Notes under the pieces: model-generated | What the model saw: only the letters and a program-made list of their open reading frames with translations | Told to the model about the DNA's origin: nothing | Databases searched by the model: none | In this document: piece by piece, positions 57,801 to 64,000 of the stretch | How positions within the stretch are numbered: position 1 is the stretch's first letter | Layout of the letters: each line of letters begins with the position of its first letter | Translations under genes and position numbers: made by a program | Virus record (IMG/VR): IMGVR_UViG_3300023198_000617 | From: an uncultured virus (IMG/VR IMGVR_UViG_3300023198_000617) | Taxonomy: Duplodnaviria; Heunggongvirae; Uroviricota; Caudoviricetes; Crassvirales | DNA: 64,000 nucleotides | Direction: 5' to 3' (one strand)

Positions 57801-60800
57801 TACGGTACTCTTCAAGTAAATCAAGAGTAATACTATTCGGATTATCAGCAGGAAGTTTAACTCGCTTGTTGAAATCCTTTTCCAAAGAGATCAACTGCTT
57901 AGCTACATACTTCACATCACCTTCGATCTGAAGTTTCGTGATATTTCTCCTAAGGTCCATCACTCTGTTAAAGAGTTCATCATCTCTCTTTACTCTGAGC
58001 TTAGCAGACAATACCCTGTAAAGGTCCATCATCTTCTTCAGACTTCTATTCAGGTCTTTATCGTCAGTCAACTCATCATCTACAGGAACCTGCTGTAAGT
58101 AAGGACGTTGTACATTATTCCTTCCAAGAGCACCCATTTGCAGACGATCAAATGCCTCAGTTTTCTTATTGATACTCATATCAAGAGGAACAATTCGTGT
58201 CTCAGCAAATTCCTTAACACCGTAATCAGATACCAGAATCTTTTTATAATTAGCAATCTGTACCTGATACTCATCTTCCTTGTAGAACAGCTTATCTTGG
58301 AACGTCTTCAGGTTATTAATACCCTTGTAATCGTAGATACCTGTCTTACCATTAGAGTAAACTACAACAAGGTCAAGTGTACCTGCAAGGTCTCCTGTCT
58401 TACTGTAGATCATTACCTCAGGGAAGAACTCTACCTTACCTTTTGGATCAATATCTTTCTGACGAGCAAGAACCTGACTCTTAATACCTTTCAATCCTTC
58501 TCTGAGTTCAACAAAGTCTTTAGGTGCTAACTTAAAGAAACTCTTAGGCTTCTCTAAGAACTCCTGATTTGCTATATCTTTTGGATCAGTGAGAATATCA
58601 GTAACCTTCTTCCTTATAGTTTCATAATCAACAGGCTTCCCTTCAAATATCCTTTGACCCATAAGTTCAAGATACTTGTGAACAATAGTACCCTTGAGCT
58701 TTGGAAGCTGATAATCACCGGGTTCACTCTTACGATACTTCTTGGCATTAAACTTCTTAACAATGTCAGTAACCCTATTCTTAATTTTCTCTCCTGTTAT
58801 ACGCTTATAACCTTCATGTTCAAAGTCACGCAAAACTCTTGCTTCACGAAGATTTCCTTTAATCTTCTCAGCAAGTTTCTTCTCAGACGCACTTACCTGA
58901 TAATAGATACCAGTATCTTCAATGTCCACAAATGGAATATCAGTTTTCTCTCCACGTAGAATATCTGCTGCCTCAACATAAGCTGAGAGGTCTTCCGCAA
59001 TCCTGTCAGATGTAACTCGTGTTAATTGACGTTTGAGGTATCTCCAAGCTCTCTTCCACCACGGCATAAACTTCTCAGCCTGTGCATACTCCTGTTGAAT
59101 AACAGCCTTAGCAATCATCTTACCTACAGCTTCTTTCCGAAGTCTGGTTTCATCTCCGTTATATAATTCTGAATATTCAGACACTACTTCATTATACGTA
59201 TCCGTTCCTACGACGGAGTTCATCATGCCTCGTAGCAAAGGACTATCCGCAGGTAACATCTCCACTAAAAAGTGAGCTGCTTCTTCAGGAAGAGTTGTAA
59301 TATCAGCCTTACCTTCAGCTACCTGAACAATCTTCAACAGCATATCAGCTTTAGCTATTGCATCTATCTCTTCTCCATCACGATCTTTAATCTTCTCAAC
59401 CTGCTCATAAGAGATTCCCATTGCACTTAACCATGACTTGATCTTAGCGTCAAGAGACTCGTTTGGTGGTAAAGTGGACTCATTGCTTAACTGAGCATAA
59501 GACTCCTTATTAAAACGATCCGTAAAGCCTTTCTTGCCGTATTCTATACTTACCTTCCCTTTCTTACCTACCCTTTCATACTTCCAATCAGCAGGAGCAA
59601 TTACACGAGTGATTTTCCCAAGACCTTGACCAGCTTTAGTACCAGCTTCATCTGCACCTGACTGTCCACCTGACCAGATTTGAATACTCTTGTTCTTTAG
59701 ATCAGGATGTCTGAGTACGTCACGCATGAACTTACGAACTGCATTATCAATCTGAGATTGAGTGTAACCTCTTGTAGCAAAGACAGACATTCGGTTTCCT
59801 GCAATGTTTACAGTCTTAGCATTTGCAAAGTTTAATGCTTTGACCACCATATCAACCTGCTTCTTGGTAAACTTTCCACCTTGCTCCTCAAACTTTGCAG
59901 CAGTCGGAAGGAATACATCACGATAAACTCTCTTCTGAGCCTTGACAAACTTCCTTGTTTGTACACTTCCCGGTGAGTTTGGATTTACTGTAAACAAGAT
60001 GGTTGTATCTGCATTTGCATTACGCTTAGTTCTACCTATATAACCTCTACTCTTATCAGCTATGAAGGTAACAGTACCATCAGTCTCAGTAGTAGCAATA
60101 TTAGTAGTTTCTTCATTCTTACCTTTCTTACCTGATACTACAGGATTAGTTGTCTGATATGCTGTAAGAACTTTTCGCAGACCAAAATCTTTAATAGTTT
60201 CACCAAGTTTATACTCACTAAGTTCATCATGTAAAGACTCGATAAGTGGAAGTCTCTGAATAATACGCTCTCCTCTGGTCTTAGCTTCATTCAAAGCAAC
60301 TTCATCTTTAATCTTACTAAACCTCTTTTTCTTTACCCAACGCTTGTAGAATGGATAGATTCTCATCATCTCACTGACTCTACCTTTTGTATACTGTACA
60401 GGCATGATGTCATCATTCTCATAATTACGTATAAAGAACTGGTAGTAGTAGTCATCAAATATGGCTTTACGTTGATCAGGCTCATACTTGTCAAGTTGTT
60501 TCATGGCAGACTTCATCATCTCCTGATACACATCGTTAGGCATAAAGGATGAGAAAGTAAATGGTGATGGTTGGATACCATACTGAAGCATGGATACAAT
60601 AGCAAGGTCACGAGCAAATTTAGGGAACCTGTCAAAGAGTTCATTCCATTCAGACGTTAAAGCATTTGATTCAATCTTGTCTAAACGCTTGGCGTTCATA
60701 ACAATAGTACTTATTTCATCATCTTTGGTAGCAAGATTTGCTTCAAGTGATCTGATAAGCTGCATCTCCTTACCCTCTTTCTTCAGTTTCTTCTGTAAAC

Positions 60801-63800
60801 TTACAAGTCTATGAGCTACAGACTTCTTACCATAAAAAAGTCTCTTAGTCTGTGATGACATTGTTGTATCGACAGCCTTACCATTGAGTTTATATTTCTG
60901 AGTAGTGAGAATAAATGCACTCATTTCCCATTTGAATCTGTCAACAACCTTTATCTTACGTTCTTCAGGAACAGTATTATCAGGGTGTAGAAGGACAGCA
61001 AACAGTTTATTGAACTGTGCATCTATATGAGGATCATTAAGATGTGCAAACATAGGATCGAAAACATCCCTGAAAGTATCTACAGCTTCATAATAAGGAG
61101 ATATGAATCCTTCCTCTTCAAAAATCTTATTGTAACCGGGAATAGGCTCTTCAAACAGAAAGCGTTTAGTTCTTTCAGTTCTGAACATCAGCTCACTTGT
61201 ATTCTTTCCACCTGCCTTAGTATCATAGTTGAGAGCTACTGTACCCTGACGAATAAGCTCTGCACTTTCCATATATCTAAGGAAATCGTCAAGTACTGAG
61301 AGCTGACGTTTTGCATACATAGCATTCTCAACAGGTTGATTGTTAAACTTGAGCTTTGCACCACGTTCAATGTCTTTATTAAGATCATCAAGGCTCATTT
61401 CCTTATCAAGTCTCTCAGTAGATACATCATTTTCCATGAGATAAACTTCATATTTTTCAGCAGTCATATTCTTAACCTGCTTCTTATCCTTGAACTTACG
61501 CTTACGTCCACCTGCAATAAAGTTAGACTGCATCATTAAAGATTGCCAACTATCAAGATTCTCAAGGTATTCTCTGATGATAGGTTGGTTCATGAATCTT
61601 GAGACATACTTCAGAGGAACACCTGCTGTAGTCAAATACAGAACTGTACTCAGAGTTCTGCGTCCAGCGTTCAAATCGAACATAAAGGCATCTTCCATAG
61701 CATCCACAGAGGCATTAATCCATTGTGAAAGCATCTCAGGGATAGTGGTTTTACTATCGTTTGCATCAGTTAGTTTAGATAGAGATACTTTTCCTTCTTC
61801 AGTCTGATTATGAGGAAGGTTAATATGTGTAGAAATAGGTTCTACTTCCGGATCATTCGATATAATCTGAGAAGGCATTGAAATGTTATGCATTTTACAG
61901 AAAATATCAAACGTAGACATGATAGCTGTCGTACCGATATTCTTTGTTGCACCTATAAATTGTACTCCAATGTCAAGTAGATATTTACGCTCAATCATTT
62001 TGTGTGCAGGAACATTCTCACGTTCAAGTTCAACTCTTTCTTTATGAGCTTGATCTCCATGAGTCTGAAGTTTACGAATCTCAGCAGCTTCATCAGCAAG
62101 AGTCTTTGCTGAGATAGGCAAGATGAGTTGTTCAAAATTATCAGGATGTAAAATGATCTCTTCCTGTACCTGAGATATAGCATTTTCTATAGAGAGCTTT
62201 TCAAACTCATCTCTTGAATAAAGGAAAGGTAGATTTTCTCCTTTACTAATCATGTTATTCATAACGTCAATCGCAATATCATATTCTTGCTTAGACGTTT
62301 CAGGAACTTTATCCCTGATTGCTACTAACGCATCTCGTACATTTTCTACAGTAACAGTTGCTCCTGTTTCTGAAATCTCTTTAACAATTCGATTGATGTC
62401 CTTACCAATAAACGTAGCTGCTTTAGCAGTACCAAGAACTCTACGTACTGCACTTTCTTCCTGATCAATTTTGTAGTAATTATACTCGGATGCTAATCTA
62501 CCAGAATCATCACCAAAGTACTCAATGTAAACAGGTTCTTTTTTACTATTAATGTAGTAGTTTGGTAGATACATGAACAGTTTATCAATATCAAAGTCTG
62601 ATCCTGTTTTAGCAACAATATCAGATGGAACCATTACTGCATCTCCTGCACTTTCAGGTAAAAATCCTTTGATCTCAATAGCTTCAATTGAATTAAGACC
62701 CTGAGTAGGAATCCTAAATCCGATCAGCTTAAATAATTTTGCATCAGAACTTTTTAAGTCTGCGTGTTTCATATGGTTAGGAAGATACACCTGCATATGA
62801 GTGACAACAGTCTTACCCTTCTTCGTGATTCTTGTATAAGATTTTAAATCAGATGATTTCCATACCTGACCATCAGCAGAATATTCTGTTAGTCTCTCTC
62901 TCCTTGTTTTTCCTACACCATTAGATACCTGTACAGGTGATCCACCAAACCGCCTCTGAGAAGAAGTCATACTATCTGCAATTGAAAGTATAATATTCTC
63001 AAGACGCTCACGGTTCACAAGCATATCTATCTTAGCACCTTTTTTCAGAGATTCAATACCTTCAATAATATTATCAGGTAAATCTCTACGGTTAGCCTCA
63101 TCAGTAAAGGTTTTAATGAGTCTATCTACATCATGAATCTTATATTTCTGCTTTCCTTTCTTGGTAGTAACAAGTTCAAGACCGAGGTCTTTAACAAGGA
63201 GTTTAACACCAATTTTAATACGCTTACGATTCAGCTTGAGATACTTCTTAGCAGGTCTTCCAAGACCACCCTCACTATCATCTTTTACTTTACCGTTCTC
63301 AAAGATTCCGTTAAGAATCTGCTTCATCATCTGACTACCAGTAATAGTTCTGGTCTTCTTCTTAAATCCCATCTCCTGCTGGACACCCCAAAACTTATAG
63401 AATGTGTCTTGGAAATGTAATGTTCTATTCTCGTCGAAGGTCCCATCGTCAGAATAAAAGTTTTGAAGTCCTTCAGAGTTGCCATCTGCATCTGGATAAG
63501 CTACAGCTTCAGTCTTGACACCAGTTCTAAACACAGCAATTCCTATCTCTTGATTCTCAAGAGTCTTACGAAGTTTATCAAGCTCTGCAAAATCATGTGT
63601 TACACTTGGAAGCAGAGGCATTAAGGAGAGCTTATACATACCCATTTTGAATCCTTCTTCTGCAAGAGGACCCATGTATTGAGGTTTAATAGGAGTAGCA
63701 ACAGGAAGTAAATCTTTATTTATAAGTCTCCCTGTCTTTAAATCTTTAGGAGTTTTTCCAAGTCGGGTCTGAACTTCCCATTGATACAAGTCTTCAAGAG

Positions 63801-64000
63801 AACCTGCATACCCTGATGTCCACATTCCTGCTCTGAATAGAAGTTGTCTCCACTCATGCATATTGATATATCCCTGACCATCAGCTTCATTCATTTTATC
63901 ATAAGGAAATGCAGCATCTATACCAAGTACTTCAACATACTCATTATAATTATCTGAATGAACAACAAGATCATTAAATACAGCAGTACGTAAAATAGGT
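54865..64000 (-). CDS. giant virion-packaged DNA-dependent RNA polymerase polyprotein (5' end beyond the window)
   Basis: DGQG, GFRIPTQG, and catalytic GSDFDIDK (~62581-62604). The frame stays open from 63894 to the window edge. Confidence 0.88.
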   Translation of the reverse strand, partial: PILRTAVFNDLVVHSDNYNEYVEVLGIDAAFPYDKMNEADGQGYINMHEWRQLLFRAGMWTSGYAGSLEDLYQWEVQTRLGKTPKDLKTGRLINKDLLPVATPIKPQYMGPLAEEGFKMGMYKLSLMPLLPSVTHDFAELDKLRKTLENQEIGIAVFRTGVKTEAVAYPDADGNSEGLQNFYSDDGTFDENRTLHFQDTFYKFWGVQQEMGFKKKTRTITGSQMMKQILNGIFENGKVKDDSEGGLGRPAKKYLKLNRKRIKIGVKLLVKDLGLELVTTKKGKQKYKIHDVDRLIKTFTDEANRRDLPDNIIEGIESLKKGAKIDMLVNRERLENIILSIADSMTSSQRRFGGSPVQVSNGVGKTRRERLTEYSADGQVWKSSDLKSYTRITKKGKTVVTHMQVYLPNHMKHADLKSSDAKLFKLIGFRIPTQGLNSIEAIEIKGFLPESAGDAVMVPSDIVAKTGSDFDIDKLFMYLPNYYINSKKEPVYIEYFGDDSGRLASEYNYYKIDQEESAVRRVLGTAKAATFIGKDINRIVKEISETGATVTVENVRDALVAIRDKVPETSKQEYDIAIDVMNNMISKGENLPFLYSRDEFEKLSIENAISQVQEEIILHPDNFEQLILPISAKTLADEAAEIRKLQTHGDQAHKERVELERENVPAHKMIERKYLLDIGVQFIGATKNIGTTAIMSTFDIFCKMHNISMPSQIISNDPEVEPISTHINLPHNQTEEGKVSLSKLTDANDSKTTIPEMLSQWINASVDAMEDAFMFDLNAGRRTLSTVLYLTTAGVPLKYVSRFMNQPIIREYLENLDSWQSLMMQSNFIAGGRKRKFKDKKQVKNMTAEKYEVYLMENDVSTERLDKEMSLDDLNKDIERGAKLKFNNQPVENAMYAKRQLSVLDDFLRYMESAELIRQGTVALNYDTKAGGKNTSELMFRTERTKRFLFEEPIPGYNKIFEEEGFISPYYEAVDTFRDVFDPMFAHLNDPHIDAQFNKLFAVLLHPDNTVPEERKIKVVDRFKWEMSAFILTTQKYKLNGKAVDTTMSSQTKRLFYGKKSVAHRLVSLQKKLKKEGKEMQLIRSLEANLATKDDEISTIVMNAKRLDKIESNALTSEWNELFDRFPKFARDLAIVSMLQYGIQPSPFTFSSFMPNDVYQEMMKSAMKQLDKYEPDQRKAIFDDYYYQFFIRNYENDDIMPVQYTKGRVSEMMRIYPFYKRWVKKKRFSKIKDEVALNEAKTRGERIIQRLPLIESLHDELSEYKLGETIKDFGLRKVLTAYQTTNPVVSGKKGKNEETTNIATTETDGTVTFIADKSRGYIGRTKRNANADTTILFTVNPNSPGSVQTRKFVKAQKRVYRDVFLPTAAKFEEQGGKFTKKQVDMVVKALNFANAKTVNIAGNRMSVFATRGYTQSQIDNAVRKFMRDVLRHPDLKNKSIQIWSGGQSGADEAGTKAGQGLGKITRVIAPADWKYERVGKKGKVSIEYGKKGFTDRFNKESYAQLSNESTLPPNESLDAKIKSWLSAMGISYEQVEKIKDRDGEEIDAIAKADMLLKIVQVAEGKADITTLPEEAAHFLVEMLPADSPLLRGMMNSVVGTDTYNEVVSEYSELYNGDETRLRKEAVGKMIAKAVIQQEYAQAEKFMPWWKRAWRYLKRQLTRVTSDRIAEDLSAYVEAADILRGEKTDIPFVDIEDTGIYYQVSASEKKLAEKIKGNLREARVLRDFEHEGYKRITGEKIKNRVTDIVKKFNAKKYRKSEPGDYQLPKLKGTIVHKYLELMGQRIFEGKPVDYETIRKKVTDILTDPKDIANQEFLEKPKSFFKLAPKDFVELREGLKGIKSQVLARQKDIDPKGKVEFFPEVMIYSKTGDLAGTLDLVVVYSNGKTGIYDYKGINNLKTFQDKLFYKEDEYQVQIANYKKILVSDYGVKEFAETRIVPLDMSINKKTEAFDRLQMGALGRNNVQRPYLQQVPVDDELTDDKDLNRSLKKMMDLYRVLSAKLRVKRDDELFNRVMDLRRNITKLQIEGDVKYVAKQLISLEKDFNKRVKLPADNPNSITLDLLEEYRNYIGVYEQFGIDAANRARKSKDKKTVEFTERIAHKIGVMEGQLYQKEVELLNDENDNIDLTASAKAEGFMGRLFKQGSKFNHPAIKKFAQMMRQISDQRRKEVYEIVDDIDRKTKRLKEWAGRNGKNLQGAFDMIINKDGNLIAKFSSEFHESRKKANKNHNAAWYIANTNVVKVGAGYQYTGEKKKMFDQRRKEYIEHLNRRYPNVKKNKAEEERYNSALFSWDARYNIATNSNSALFNQSNPFIEYLDKEENFSDRYKVLFLPQNKELKDYYEMYIGYNEKFRKWTGRQIKGNFVAEIHKDVIDKMGESGLRGVAGIKDSFLRSIEMRENDTDRGTIDPVTGEPIPSIPLFYSDKLRNRLSKKEKKQIRREVENENEYKVDTDAFEEEVARRITSQEYTQGSKSKSRDLSRSLVMFADAAVSNRLLSENEASALALRDIMKSQLQETEITDGANRKVYNKYTQNIAKKIGVPLGEIEAMDQFIKMYFYGQSTQGKDIAFGKDGKYSGTKFYQNLIKYTSAKALGLKPILAMGNLLGITSNYWMMGAEGRFFNQKDMLEGIKMLTNRRDEYALAIAFFEPFIRDMVFKKANDLSAKSVVRKFTMDNLFIMHRKGDELIDAQVLMAMMNHYGIHEGKITKIEKIPSSGDSRSLMERMSTEEVEGTFDGKKEIQSKIVIDGMTNLEDQAAAERLYTDFRGRVQSVANNIKGSVPQEDRSLINATLLGQALMHFRNWMPGLVETRFKGLTYDDVHDDHDVGRFRVLVGEFTGRTVQPKLKAFMTLLGEVSLGYIPGVNFIGEKTLNMEATQRFYDRYITENKDSTLTIEEFQELRLAKLKGMAAELRIYLSFLFLVFGGKAMLPEEKDEDELGFLHKIANDLATNAFRITQRGLLEISFFFNPESVMTILKSPAPSMRVFTDLYNFLQNTWDETFDVILGEDSKYDKTDRGYYFSKLIPVWTSWADFWDIWDSWNKERGY

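Noticed and set aside
2330..63420. Numerous antisense ORFs nested in long genes (e.g. 2330-2839, 5483-6085, 8931-9509, 56137-56568)
   Set aside because: These are shadow ORFs opposite motif-supported genes, with Ser/Leu/Phe-rich composition and no recognisable motifs
1..64000. Stop-codon reassignment as in some crAss-like phages
   Set aside because: Core genes (MCP, portal, TerL, PolB, RNAP) are full-length in code 11, and TAA, TAG and TGA all end genes. No suppressor tRNA is evident.

Overview
This 64-kb window is part of a crAss-like phage genome (order Crassvirales). TAnnTTTG promoters point to a Bacteroidota host, and the genome uses the standard genetic code. It has three blocks. (1) 1-17973, minus strand: the virion and packaging module (IHF-like, terminase, portal, scaffold-like, major capsid protein, conserved crAss capsid-associated genes, M15 endolysin). 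(2) 18165-54789, plus strand: early, replication and accessory genes (family-B DNA polymerase, SF2 and DnaB helicases, AAA ATPase, SSB-like, primase, RusA-like, PD-(D/E)XK, UDG, SPFH). (3) 54865 to beyond the window end, minus strand: a >3000-aa virion RNA polymerase polyprotein. Two accessory systems stand out. The first is a Ro60/TROVE gene followed by its own promoter and an array of structured RNAs (50124-50989). Five of these RNAs share a covarying bulged-helix scaffold plus an invariant TTACTTCG motif, yet each carries a different payload: a circularly permuted tRNA, acceptor-less tRNA-Arg-like and tRNA-Phe-like cloverleaves, a short insert, and a permuted scaffold. The second is an apparently complete phage-encoded ubiquitin-like conjugation cluster (Ubl precursor, E2-like, JAB, ThiF/E1; 34730-39526). 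Other notes: a vWA gene paired with a divergent adenylosuccinate synthetase, a modular repeat-linked mini-gene array, several candidate ncRNAs, a GIY-YIG relic, and extra SLOG, nuclease and peptidase-like domains in the RNAP. All assignments come from reading motifs and gene order by eye; no database searches were run.
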